This document shows, piece after piece, positions 40,036-49,071 of a DNA stretch of 64,000 nucleotides (within the stretch, counting starts at the first letter, position 1; each line of letters begins with the position of its first letter). Below the pieces are notes generated by a model. It was not told the DNA's origin. It saw only the letters and a program-made list of their open reading frames with translations, and made no database searches. The stretch comes from an uncultured Gammaproteobacteria bacterium. GTDB lineage: Bacteria > Patescibacteriota > Microgenomatia > Levybacterales > UBA12049. Where the stretch lies: the NCBI GenBank assembly GCA_964424775.1, contig CAYRJZ010000002.1, forward strand, positions 141,806-205,805. The letters run 5' to 3'. A program made the position numbers and the translations under genes.

Positions 40036-41441
40036 ATTTTTGGTCTCTCTTTCCAGACAGGATTATACTGCTCATAAGCGTATCCGATCCGATAAAGAAG
40101 TTCTTCGGAAAAGTGTGGGCCAAGTATTTGCATACCAACTGGAAGTCCATCAATAAAGCCCATTGGGACAGAAAGACCAGGTATTCCGACTAAATTGGCA
40201 TGGACCGTAAGAATATCTGACAAATACATTGAAAGAGGATCTGATGTTTTTTCTCCTAATTTCCATGGTAAAGTAGGGGAAGCTGGCGTTATAAGACAGT
40301 CAACCTGATTAAATGCCTGCTCAAAGTCTTTTTTAAGGAGTGTTCTTACCTGCATCGCCTTTTTATAGTATGCGTCATAATATCCAGCTGAAAGGACATA
40401 TGTTCCCAGCATAATTCGTCTTTTTGCCTCTGCTCCAAAATTGGCTCTCTTATTTCCAAATCGAATGCCATCGTATCGAGCAAGATTGGATGACACTTCT
40501 GCTGTTTGAATAATGTAATAAACCTCAATCGCATAGGGTGTATGTGGGAGAGAGACTTCAATAATCTCAGCACCTTGTTGTTCGTACCATTTCAGTGTTT
40601 TTTCGGTCATCTCTTTAATTTTGGGATCAAGTCCTTCAACAAAGTACTCTTTTGGTACGCCTATCTTTAGTCCTTTTACTCCTTTTTTTAGATTTTGCGT
40701 ATAGTTAGGCACTTCTACCTGTGGTGTTGTCGCATCGAGTGGGTCATTACCTGCAGTAACTTGCAGGTAAAGGGCGTTATCTTCTACTGTTTTGGTGAAG
40801 TGTCCAATGGAATCAAGGGAAGAAGCCATTGCAATGACTCCATAGCGACTGACTCTTCCATATGTCGGTTTGAGGCCTACAACATTACAAAAGCTTGCAG
40901 GAAGTCTAATAGATCCACCCGTATCTGTCCCTGATGCTGCAAGAGCCATATCGCTAGCAACCACTACAGGTGAGCCACTACTTGATCCACCAGGAACATA
41001 CTCTGTGTTATATGGATTTTTCGTCGGACCGAAATCTGAATTTTCTCCACTCGATCCATGAGCCCATGCATCTAAATTAGTCTTTCCAAGAATAATTGCC
41101 CCTGCATCTTTTAATTTTTTCACAGCAGTTCCATCATATTGACCTACATAATTTTCAAGAACTTTTGATGCAGCAGTCGTTCTTATCCCTTTTGTTAAAT
41201 AAATATCTTTTAATGCGAGAGGGATGCCCAGTAGGGGAGTTGTCTCGCTATTTTTTATCCTTTGATCAGCTTTATCTGCCATTTCTAATGCTTCATTCTC
41301 AGTGATAGTTAAAAAAGCATTAAGAGTATCATTTTTTTTATTAATTTCAGAAAGGTAATATTGCGTAAGCTCAACTGATGAAATTTCTTTTGCATCGAGT
41401 TTCTTTCTAGCTTCAGAAATTGAAAGATTATTCATTTTCAA
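40032..41441 (-). CDS. gatA: Asp/Glu-tRNA(Asn/Gln) amidotransferase subunit A (amidase signature)
   Basis: …GGSSSGSPVVVASD…GTDTGGSIRLPASFCNVVGLKPTYGRVSR…. Confidence 0.95.
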   Translation of the reverse strand: MKMNNLSISEARKKLDAKEISSVELTQYYLSEINKKNDTLNAFLTITENEALEMADKADQRIKNSETTPLLGIPLALKDIYLTKGIRTTAASKVLENYVGQYDGTAVKKLKDAGAIILGKTNLDAWAHGSSGENSDFGPTKNPYNTEYVPGGSSSGSPVVVASDMALAASGTDTGGSIRLPASFCNVVGLKPTYGRVSRYGVIAMASSLDSIGHFTKTVEDNALYLQVTAGNDPLDATTPQVEVPNYTQNLKKGVKGLKIGVPKEYFVEGLDPKIKEMTEKTLKWYEQQGAEIIEVSLPHTPYAIEVYYIIQTAEVSSNLARYDGIRFGNKRANFGAEAKRRIMLGTYVLSAGYYDAYYKKAMQVRTLLKKDFEQAFNQVDCLITPASPTLPWKLGEKTSDPLSMYLSDILTVHANLVGIPGLSVPMGFIDGLPVGMQILGPHFSEELLYRIGYAYEQYNPVWKERPKI

Positions 41442-41712
41442 AAATTCCTTTCACAGCAATTAAGCCGTCATGGGAAGTTTGTGCTTGAGAAATTGCTTCA
41501 TTTTGAGGGAAAGATGGGTGAGTAGTATCCTCCCTGGTAATGTTGGTAAGTCCAGTTACCTGACTTGTTTCTTCAATATTTTTTGTATCAACTTCATTAA
41601 GTCTGGCAATATAGTCAAGAACTGAGGAAAGTTGGCCTGAGTAAATTGTTTTTTCTTCATCAGAAAGAGTGAGATTTGCTAACTTTGCGACATGAGTAAT
41701 ATCAATCTTCAT
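41428..41712 (-). CDS. gatC: Asp/Glu-tRNA(Asn/Gln) amidotransferase subunit C
   Basis: MKIDITHVAKLANLTLSDEEK…. Confidence 0.85.
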   Translation of the reverse strand: MKIDITHVAKLANLTLSDEEKTIYSGQLSSVLDYIARLNEVDTKNIEETSQVTGLTNITREDTTHPSFPQNEAISQAQTSHDGLIAVKGIFENE

Positions 41713-41720
41713 GGTGGTTA

Positions 41721-42482
41721 TTATACTCTACCAGTAAGCTTACTTACAATTGCTTTGTGTGCTTGAATTTCTATGGTGTCATCCAGAGGTGATAAAGTAA
41801 ATTCGTCTTTATACTTTTCCTGAAGTGCTAGTGTAAGGAGATGATCTGCGAATGATGGATTTTTAGGGAGAATAGGACCATGAAAGTAAGAACCAAAAGT
41901 ATTTTTATAAAGAGCGCCTTCTGATTTGTCTGTTCCATTATTGCCATATCCCTTTATTACTTTTCCAAAGGGATTTAAGCTTTCTCCAAGATACGTTCTT
42001 CCGCCATGATTTTCAAATCCAACGAGTGTATAATTACCCTTTTCAAGAAAATCGACTGATATAACGGTATTTCCTATGAGACGGGGCTGATTTCCCGGAT
42101 TTTCAGTATAAAGATCCAAAATACCAAGCCCTTTTATTTCTGTTCCATCAGCTTCTCGATAATATTTTCCTAAAAATTGATATGCACCACAGATATAAAG
42201 TCCAGGAATTCCTTTTTCTATCAAGAAAGAGAGAGTTTGGGATTTGCCTTTTTGAAAGTCTGAAGATACTATTGTTTGCTCTCTGTCCTGCGCGCCTCCC
42301 ATAAAGATGAGGTCAACTTTTTCAAGAAGCTTTTTATCGTCGTTAATTGAGATTGGAACGACCGTAGATTCTATTTTTCTCCACTCAAGCCTTTTTGTAA
42401 GAGTAATAATATTTCCACGATCTCCATACGTACTCATGAGATCAGGGTACAGCCAGCCAATTTTAAGTGACACATTTTTCAT
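41721..42482 (-). CDS. gatD: CobQ/CobB-type glutamine amidotransferase (lipid II isoglutaminyl synthase GatD-like)
   Basis: GATase3 motif …LYICGAYQFLG… with a catalytic Cys. It lies immediately downstream of murT and overlaps it. Confidence 0.7.
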   Translation of the reverse strand: MKNVSLKIGWLYPDLMSTYGDRGNIITLTKRLEWRKIESTVVPISINDDKKLLEKVDLIFMGGAQDREQTIVSSDFQKGKSQTLSFLIEKGIPGLYICGAYQFLGKYYREADGTEIKGLGILDLYTENPGNQPRLIGNTVISVDFLEKGNYTLVGFENHGGRTYLGESLNPFGKVIKGYGNNGTDKSEGALYKNTFGSYFHGPILPKNPSFADHLLTLALQEKYKDEFTLSPLDDTIEIQAHKAIVSKLTGRV

Positions 42483-43774
42483 AGTATTTTTTTTCCTGTA
42501 ATTTCCTTTCTTAGATCAAGCATTGCAGTGTATGTTGGCAGAATATAAAGAGTTTCATCAGATGAAGTTTTCATTAAAGCATGAGTCAGTGCTTCAGCTG
42601 AGCCTTCGTATATCTCTATATTTTCAGAAGCAATACCAGCATACTTCAATCGGGTTCTGAGATCGTAGACCCGATCTCCTGTAAGGATGAAAGAATTTTT
42701 TTTATCACTCAGTATTTCAAAGTCAACATCCCATATCCATGACACATCTTTTCCATCAGCTACACGGTCATTGAGTGCGAGAATAAAGTGTTTACCATTT
42801 AGCTTTTGTATTGTGCGAATAGTTTCATTAAATCCTGCTGGGTTTTTCACTAAAAACATCTTTATCTTTTTATTTTTGAGTGTTATTTCCTCCTGTCGAC
42901 CAAAAATGGGAGTGAAGCTTTTGAGTGAATTTTGAACTAACTCATTGTCTATACCGAGGGAGTAAGCAGCAGTTACAGCAGCATGAATATTTGATTTATT
43001 GTATGTTCCATCAAGTGGATAATAATCAGTTGAGTTACGTATTTTATCAGGCCTTTTCAACTCACATTTTGGACATTCCCATATTCCAAGGTGTGAATAA
43101 AAAATTTTTTTATAGGTGAGTTTTGCTGTGCACCTTGGACAGTAAATTGAATCAACTGCGTGCTCCATTTTTTGAGCTATAGCATCTGCTCCATCTAAGC
43201 CAAAATACGCTACTTGTTTTGAACTTTCTTCACCCAAATACGAGATGAGTGGATCATCAGCATTCAAGACAAGTGTTGTCTTCTCAGGTAGGGAGTAAAG
43301 AGCTTTTTTCCATTTATTTGCAATACTTGTGACTTCACCATACCTGTCAAGTTGATCACGAAATAAATTAAGGACAACAATCAGATCTGGTGTCACTTCT
43401 TTACAAATGAGAGGGAAAATATTCTCATCAATTTCAAAAATTGCATAGTCTGCCTCAACTTTTCCTAAAAATGTAGCATTGAGAAGGAGGGTAGATGCAA
43501 TTCCATTAAGGAGATTTGCTCCTGACTGGTTTTGAATGACAGTATTTCCTGCTTTTTCAAGAATATGCTTGATGAGACTCGTTGTCGTCGTTTTTCCATT
43601 TGTTCCAACGACAAATATCACTTTCGTCCGTGAAGTTGTAAGGAGGGATCTAATAAAGTTTTTGTTGAATTTGAGTGCTATGTGACCAGGCCATGTCGAA
43701 CCATTTCCTAAATTAAATGTTTTAATTCCAGATGATAATAATTTTCCAACGATAATTATAAACTGTTTTGTCAT
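42479..43774 (-). CDS. murT: Mur-ligase-family protein MurT (lipid II isoglutaminyl synthase ligase subunit)
   Basis: P-loop VGTNGKTTTTSLI, a Cys4 ribbon CPRC…CPKC, and a C-terminal DUF1727-like region. Confidence 0.75.
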   Translation of the reverse strand: MTKQFIIIVGKLLSSGIKTFNLGNGSTWPGHIALKFNKNFIRSLLTTSRTKVIFVVGTNGKTTTTSLIKHILEKAGNTVIQNQSGANLLNGIASTLLLNATFLGKVEADYAIFEIDENIFPLICKEVTPDLIVVLNLFRDQLDRYGEVTSIANKWKKALYSLPEKTTLVLNADDPLISYLGEESSKQVAYFGLDGADAIAQKMEHAVDSIYCPRCTAKLTYKKIFYSHLGIWECPKCELKRPDKIRNSTDYYPLDGTYNKSNIHAAVTAAYSLGIDNELVQNSLKSFTPIFGRQEEITLKNKKIKMFLVKNPAGFNETIRTIQKLNGKHFILALNDRVADGKDVSWIWDVDFEILSDKKNSFILTGDRVYDLRTRLKYAGIASENIEIYEGSAEALTHALMKTSSDETLYILPTYTAMLDLRKEITGKKIL

Positions 43775-43775
43775 A

Positions 43776-44663
43776 TTACATATTCCGAAGAATTTTTATC
43801 CGTTCTTCAATAGGTGGGTGTGTATTGAAGAGTGAGGTAAATAGATGTCTCCCTTCTTTATTTTTAAATGGGTTGGTTATATACAAATGAGCTGTTGCAT
43901 TTGTTGCTGACTGAACTGGTTTAGGGAAAACTGAGATTTTTTCGAGAGCGCTGGCAAGTCCTTCAGGATAACGTGTGAGAAGCGCACCTGATGCATCAGC
44001 AAGAAATTCCCGCTTACGTGATATGGAAAGTTGCATAACAGTTGCAATAATGGGGGATAATATTGAGAGGATAAGTCCAACAAGGACAAAAATATTTCCG
44101 CTTCTTTCATTTCTATTTCCTCTCAGCCACATATGTCTTGTATACAAGTCAGCAAGGAGAGCAATTGATCCGACAAGAACTGCCACAATGGCCATCAGAC
44201 GAATATCGAAATTTTTAATATGTGACAATTCATGTGCAATCACCCCTTCGAGTTCTGTTTTTGAGAGTATCTGTAAAAGTCCAGTCGTTACAGCTACTAC
44301 TGCGTGTTTGGGATCCCTTCCAGTAGCAAAGGCGTTTGGGGAGTGATCTTCAATTACATATAGCTTTGGCATGGGCAGACCTGCTCCAATACTCAAATTT
44401 TCAACGATACGATAGAGTTCAGGATAGGCGCTGAGTGTTGCTGGCTTTGCTCCACTTGTCGTAAGGATAATTTTATCTGAAAAGAAGTAACTCCCTATAC
44501 TTGAGAGTCCACCCAACATTGCAGCTAAAAGAAAAAACAAGGTTGCATCTCCACCCTGTGCTTTTCCGTAAACATATCCGAGAGCGGAAAGGAATATAAT
44601 AAAAAGTGCAATTATGAGCCACGTCTTTCTGACGTTTCCAGAGATAACATTATATAAGTTCAT
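43776..44663 (-). CDS. htpX: Zinc metalloprotease HtpX (M48)
   Basis: HELSHIKNFD contains the HExxH motif. Four transmembrane segments. Confidence 0.85.
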   Translation of the reverse strand: MNLYNVISGNVRKTWLIIALFIIFLSALGYVYGKAQGGDATLFFLLAAMLGGLSSIGSYFFSDKIILTTSGAKPATLSAYPELYRIVENLSIGAGLPMPKLYVIEDHSPNAFATGRDPKHAVVAVTTGLLQILSKTELEGVIAHELSHIKNFDIRLMAIVAVLVGSIALLADLYTRHMWLRGNRNERSGNIFVLVGLILSILSPIIATVMQLSISRKREFLADASGALLTRYPEGLASALEKISVFPKPVQSATNATAHLYITNPFKNKEGRHLFTSLFNTHPPIEERIKILRNM

Positions 44664-44668
44664 ACCGA

Positions 44669-45241
44669 CTAGAAGGAGACTTTGACGTTTTTGCGTTCTT
44701 CTTCCTCTGCTTCGAAGAATTCAGCAGCAGTGAATTTGAAGAGTGAAGCGATAATATTATTTGGAAAAATTGCAATTTTTGTATTGTAATCAAGAACTGT
44801 TGAATTATAAAACTGCCTAGAGTATGAAATTTTATTTTCAGTATCTGATAACTCATCCTGGAGTTTGGAGAAGTTTTCATTTGCACGAAGTTGTGGATAA
44901 TTTTCAGCTACTGCAAAGAGACTTTTAAGCGTATCTGTAAGCATATTGTTCGCTGAAGCTTTATCATGGGTAGATTTCGCGTGCATGAGACTTGATCGTG
45001 CTTTTGTGACATTCTCAAAAAGTTCTTTTTCATGTTTGGCATAACCTTTGACTGTCTCTACTAAATTAGGAATGAGGTCTGTGCGTCTTTTGAGAAGAAC
45101 ATCAATGTGGGAGAGTGCTTCTTGTATTTTTAGTTTGGCTGATAGCAAACTGTTATATACAAACCACATATAAAGAAGAACTCCTCCAGCTAGTATTGCA
45201 ATAATTAAATAAATATTCATATTTTTTAGTGGCTGAACCAC
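44669..45241 (-). CDS. lemA: LemA-family membrane protein
   Basis: N-terminal transmembrane segment and a LemA core (…[32 protein letters not shown]…). Its position upstream of htpX is a known pairing. Confidence 0.8.
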   Translation of the reverse strand: MVQPLKNMNIYLIIAILAGGVLLYMWFVYNSLLSAKLKIQEALSHIDVLLKRRTDLIPNLVETVKGYAKHEKELFENVTKARSSLMHAKSTHDKASANNMLTDTLKSLFAVAENYPQLRANENFSKLQDELSDTENKISYSRQFYNSTVLDYNTKIAIFPNNIIASLFKFTAAEFFEAEEEERKNVKVSF

Positions 45242-46998
45242 TTACTCAATTTATTATACTCCCAAGTATTCAAAATGTCATCTTTTTCTGTCCAGCCTCG
45301 TCGAGCTACAGAAACACCGTATTGCATAAGCTCCATATGCGCAGTCGCATGGCTATCAGTATTAATAAAGAACTTTGCGCCAGTCTCTTTAGCTTCTTTT
45401 ACTAGTTTATCTGGGAGATCAAGTCTTCGTGGCCATGAGTTAATTTCGAGAGCTTTGTTGTTTTCTGTACAAAAGGCAAATAACTCTTTCCAGTTCACCT
45501 CAATCATAGGACGTTGATTGATAAGTCTGCCTGTTGGGTGTGAGAGAATTTTCGCTTTTGGGTGGGACAGCCCTTTCAAAATTCGTTTGGTCATTTGATC
45601 TTTCGACATTGAGAATGAGGAATGAATTGAGACAAGGACTGCATCCAAATATGCAAAGTCATAATTTGATAAAGGTATATTTCCATTTGATAATATATCA
45701 GTTTCGAGTAAAGAAAATATTCGTATATTTTTTTTATACACACTGCGAAGATGTTCAATTTTATTGAACCTTTTTTCAAGAAGTTTGGTAATTTCTTTCT
45801 CTGTATGTTTTGAGACACTTGGATTATGTTCAGAAAATCCAATATATGAATACCCAAGACTCAGTGCTTTCTCTACCATTTCTTCCATTGAATTTTCACC
45901 AAGATCATGACTTGGTTCTATTGGGAAGTTTGAGTGGAGGTGAAAATCACCCTTTATATCAGATAATTCAACGAGATTAGGAAGTGAGTTTTTTTCGGCT
46001 AGCTCGATTTCTCCTGTATTTTCTCGAATTTCAGGCGGTATCCAGGAGAGTCCAAGTGCTTTATAGAATTCTTTTTCTGATGAAAATTTCTTCATGTTTT
46101 TCTCATCTCCGCCTTTTTTCTTAATCCCATATTCTGAGAGTGACAACCCTTTTTTAAGTGCATATTCTCGCAGGTGAACGTTATGTTCCTTACTTCCTGT
46201 AAAATGCTGGAGAAGTGAACCAAAACGATCAGGAGGTTGAACCATAAGATCAATATGTTTCCCACCAGAAATGAGAAGGGAAGAACTTGCATCTCCTTGT
46301 TCAATGACCCTTTCTTTGTATGGGTAGTTTACGAAGTATTCAATAACTTCTTTTGGATGTTCTGAGGCTACAGCGATATCTACATCACCAATTGTTTCTT
46401 TTCGTCTTCTGAGACTTCCAAGCGGATATGCGTCCACAACATGGGGAGACTTTTTCAGATACGCAATAAGTTTTTCTGCAATTTCATTTGCGAAGGGGAG
46501 GACCATTCTACTTGTTTTATCTACACCTTGTCTGAATTCATTAATCGCCCGTATGATGTCAGCTTGGGACTTTTCTCCAAATCCTTCAAGGGGAGCTATC
46601 TCACCATTTTTAGCCTTTGAGAGTAAGTCTTCAATGACACTCTCTTTATTTTTGAAATGAAAATGTGATACGAGTCTATATGCTTTTTTGGGACCGAATG
46701 TTGGAATATCAAGAAGAGGAAAAAATGCTTCGGTCATATCTTTTAATACTGTTTCAAAATGAGCTACTTTTCCAGTCTTTATAAGTTCCTGAAGATACAT
46801 TTTCATTGAGCTTCCTATACCTGGTATTTGATCGAGAGTACCATCGCTTATATGATCTTTGATTTCAGTTGGATTGGATTCAATCGCATCAGCAGCTTTC
46901 TGATATGCGAGTATTTGGAATCGAAATTTTGCTTCATTCTTTACAGCATAGGAAGCAGCAACATGACGAAGGAGCCTGGCTATATCACGATTAGTCAT
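45226..46998 (-). CDS. polX: Family X DNA polymerase with a C-terminal PHP domain
   Basis: The pol-beta nucleotidyltransferase core (…[17 protein letters not shown]…) precedes a PHP domain (DFHLHSNF…). The start was trimmed to the internal Met ([10 protein letters not shown]…). Confidence 0.8.
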   Translation of the reverse strand: MTNRDIARLLRHVAASYAVKNEAKFRFQILAYQKAADAIESNPTEIKDHISDGTLDQIPGIGSSMKMYLQELIKTGKVAHFETVLKDMTEAFFPLLDIPTFGPKKAYRLVSHFHFKNKESVIEDLLSKAKNGEIAPLEGFGEKSQADIIRAINEFRQGVDKTSRMVLPFANEIAEKLIAYLKKSPHVVDAYPLGSLRRRKETIGDVDIAVASEHPKEVIEYFVNYPYKERVIEQGDASSSLLISGGKHIDLMVQPPDRFGSLLQHFTGSKEHNVHLREYALKKGLSLSEYGIKKKGGDEKNMKKFSSEKEFYKALGLSWIPPEIRENTGEIELAEKNSLPNLVELSDIKGDFHLHSNFPIEPSHDLGENSMEEMVEKALSLGYSYIGFSEHNPSVSKHTEKEITKLLEKRFNKIEHLRSVYKKNIRIFSLLETDILSNGNIPLSNYDFAYLDAVLVSIHSSFSMSKDQMTKRILKGLSHPKAKILSHPTGRLINQRPMIEVNWKELFAFCTENNKALEINSWPRRLDLPDKLVKEAKETGAKFFINTDSHATAHMELMQYGVSVARRGWTEKDDILNTWEYNKLSKWFSH

Positions 46999-47112
46999 AA
47001 GACTCAGCTTACATGAACATTGACGCACGCGCAATAATTTGTTAGGATACAGCTTAGCAATTGGTCTTTTTGCAATTCATTAATTGATTGAGACTAAGCG
47101 CTTTCCTAACCT

Positions 47113-47186
47113 GGGGTGGTAGCTCAGTTGGTTAGAGCGCCTCCCTGTCACGGAGGAGGTCGCGGGTTCGAGTCCCGTCCATCCCG
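47113..47186 (+). tRNA. tRNA-Asp(GUC)
   Basis: Hand-folded cloverleaf GGGGTGG-TA-GCTC-AGTTGGTTA-GAGC-G-CCTCC-CTGTCAC-GGAGG-AGGTC-GCGGG-TTCGAGT-CCCGT-CCATCCC-G. CCA is not encoded. Confidence 0.85.
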
Positions 47187-47204
47187 CTCTGTTAACAATT
47201 TATT

Positions 47205-47945
47205 ATGGCAGGAAGAAAAAAAGTAACATCAACACCTGCTGCCCGCAAAACTCAAAGTAAAAAAACTACTGAGTCTTCAGTCGTGTATTCACGACAGAAA
47301 CCCCAGTCTGGTGGCATTCTCGATTATTTCCGTTTTGGTGAGTCTTACACAAGTCTTGTACTGGGAATCGTTGTAGTTATTATTGCATCTATCCTTCTCA
47401 TTTCTTTCTTGAGAGGAAAAAGTGCTGAAGTTAAAGATGCTACTCAACAGACATCATCCGCTCGAACTTCAATTACTCCTCAACAAGAAACAGAGAGTTC
47501 GACATACACAGTTAAAGCTGGAGATGACCTCTGGAGTATTGCAGAAAGGGAGTTTAATGATGGGTTTAGGTGGACTGAAATTGCAATGGCAAATAATATC
47601 GATAATGCGTCATTTATTGAAGCAGGAACCAATATTACAATTCCTCAGAAAGAAAATGTAAGGAGTACAAATCCTGCTGCATCACCAACTGTTACTGAGC
47701 AAAATGAGAAGGTCGCAACTCAAAGTTCTACCCCTACTCCAACACCTATTCTTGCTCAACAGTCTCAACCAACTCAGGAAAAAATAACCGCGAATGCATA
47801 TACCGTGCGTGCAGGAGATGATCTGTGGGATATTGCAGTAAGAGCATATGGTGATGGCTATCAATGGGTGAGAATTGCTCGAGCAAATAATTTAGTTAAT
47901 CCGGATATTATTCATGTTGGTAATCAATTAGCTCTTCCACGTTAA
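47205..47945 (+). CDS. Membrane-anchored protein with two LysM domains
   Basis: Basic N-terminus and one transmembrane segment. The LysM motifs are YTVKAGDDLWSIAEREF… and YTVRAGDDLWDIAVRAY…. Confidence 0.8.
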   Translation: MAGRKKVTSTPAARKTQSKKTTESSVVYSRQKPQSGGILDYFRFGESYTSLVLGIVVVIIASILLISFLRGKSAEVKDATQQTSSARTSITPQQETESSTYTVKAGDDLWSIAEREFNDGFRWTEIAMANNIDNASFIEAGTNITIPQKENVRSTNPAASPTVTEQNEKVATQSSTPTPTPILAQQSQPTQEKITANAYTVRAGDDLWDIAVRAYGDGYQWVRIARANNLVNPDIIHVGNQLALPR

Positions 47946-47993
47946 GTTTCTCTTCACGAACTTATTCTCCTGTGTTATTATCCTGTTATAAAC

Positions 47994-48065
47994 GCGATGG
48001 TAGTTCAGCGGTAGAATGTCTCCTTCCCAAGGAGAAGGTCGGGGGTTCAACTCCCCTCCATCGCT
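47994..48065 (+). tRNA. tRNA-Gly(CCC)
   Basis: Cloverleaf GCGATGG-TA-GTTC-AGCGGTA-GAAT-G-TCTCC-TTCCCAA-GGAGA-AGGTC-GGGGG-TTCAACT-CCCCT-CCATCGC-T. It is followed by CA rather than CCA. Confidence 0.85.
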
Positions 48066-48099
48066 CACAATAGGTCATGACTTATGGTAGACTCATGCT

Positions 48100-48870
48100 A
48101 TGAGTGAAATCAGCGAACTTAGCAATTATAGTGGCGAAGTACATAAGACACCGTGGCGTTTAAAAAAATCCTTAGAGATTAATCGTGGCCTCGTTACTCC
48201 TCCTCCTGAAGTGAAAGGTTGGGAATATTTTTACAGTCTTCCAGATACACTTCATCCTGTTATTGCAACAACTCATATGACAGATACTGATGTGCAAGTA
48301 GGTGCAAGTGTTTTTGCCAATGTTGTTGATGTAGCTGTCGCGAGTATGCAAACTAATCAGGCAGACAAACTTATCGGGAAACTTGTCTCTCTTGCAGGAA
48401 GAGGAAATTTTTTTGATGTTGCTAATACTTTTGAAGAAGGAAAACCCAGCTTTTGTCTTGATGCAAAAAATTTTTTAGAAATGGCAAGGGCTGTGAACGA
48501 GAGAGATAAAACAATGGTTATCGCCTCTCATAGCCCAGTTTATGATAAAAGAGAATTACCAAACACTCCTGGAATTGCTGCAGCAATAGTTGCAAATCTA
48601 TCTGACAGAGTAATTTTACCAGTTGCAGTGTATTATGATACGGATGAACGTGTTGGAATGTCGGATGATATTCCTGGATCTGCAAAAAGACTTTTAACTG
48701 GAAAACGACCGTCTTCCCAAGTATGTATTGCTGAGCCAATATTTCTGGATGAACTACCTGAAGAATATCGGACATCACAAGACGACATTCTTGAATCTCT
48801 TGGAATGTTCTCATCTGATAGGCGAAAAGCAATGACAAAGCCTGAGCAGATAAAAGCCATAGAGACATAG
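48100..48870 (+). CDS. Hypothetical protein (weak HX4D acyltransferase-like motif)
   Basis: 256 aa. …VIATTHMTDTD… resembles an acyltransferase HX4D box, but the other acyltransferase blocks are not evident. Confidence 0.3.
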   Translation: MSEISELSNYSGEVHKTPWRLKKSLEINRGLVTPPPEVKGWEYFYSLPDTLHPVIATTHMTDTDVQVGASVFANVVDVAVASMQTNQADKLIGKLVSLAGRGNFFDVANTFEEGKPSFCLDAKNFLEMARAVNERDKTMVIASHSPVYDKRELPNTPGIAAAIVANLSDRVILPVAVYYDTDERVGMSDDIPGSAKRLLTGKRPSSQVCIAEPIFLDELPEEYRTSQDDILESLGMFSSDRRKAMTKPEQIKAIET

Positions 48871-49071
48871 AGAAAATTGAGAAAACAAAGTGAAGTAGTT
48901 CTATTAGCTCAGGCAGCAGAATTGCCAAAGGAGAGAAGAGGAAAATGGGATGAACTTCTCGCTCAGCCTTCCTCGATTCAGTAAATTGAAGATATAGTAT
49001 TTTCATGTTTATCTAGTGTGTTCTTTTTAGATCTAGTTGACGAGATAATTTTAACTCTGTTATATTTAATC

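Noticed and set aside
49018-49071. ATG at 49018 as the pyrG start
   Set aside because: It adds a hydrophobic 30-aa extension unknown in CTP synthases. A GTG at 49072 is more plausible.
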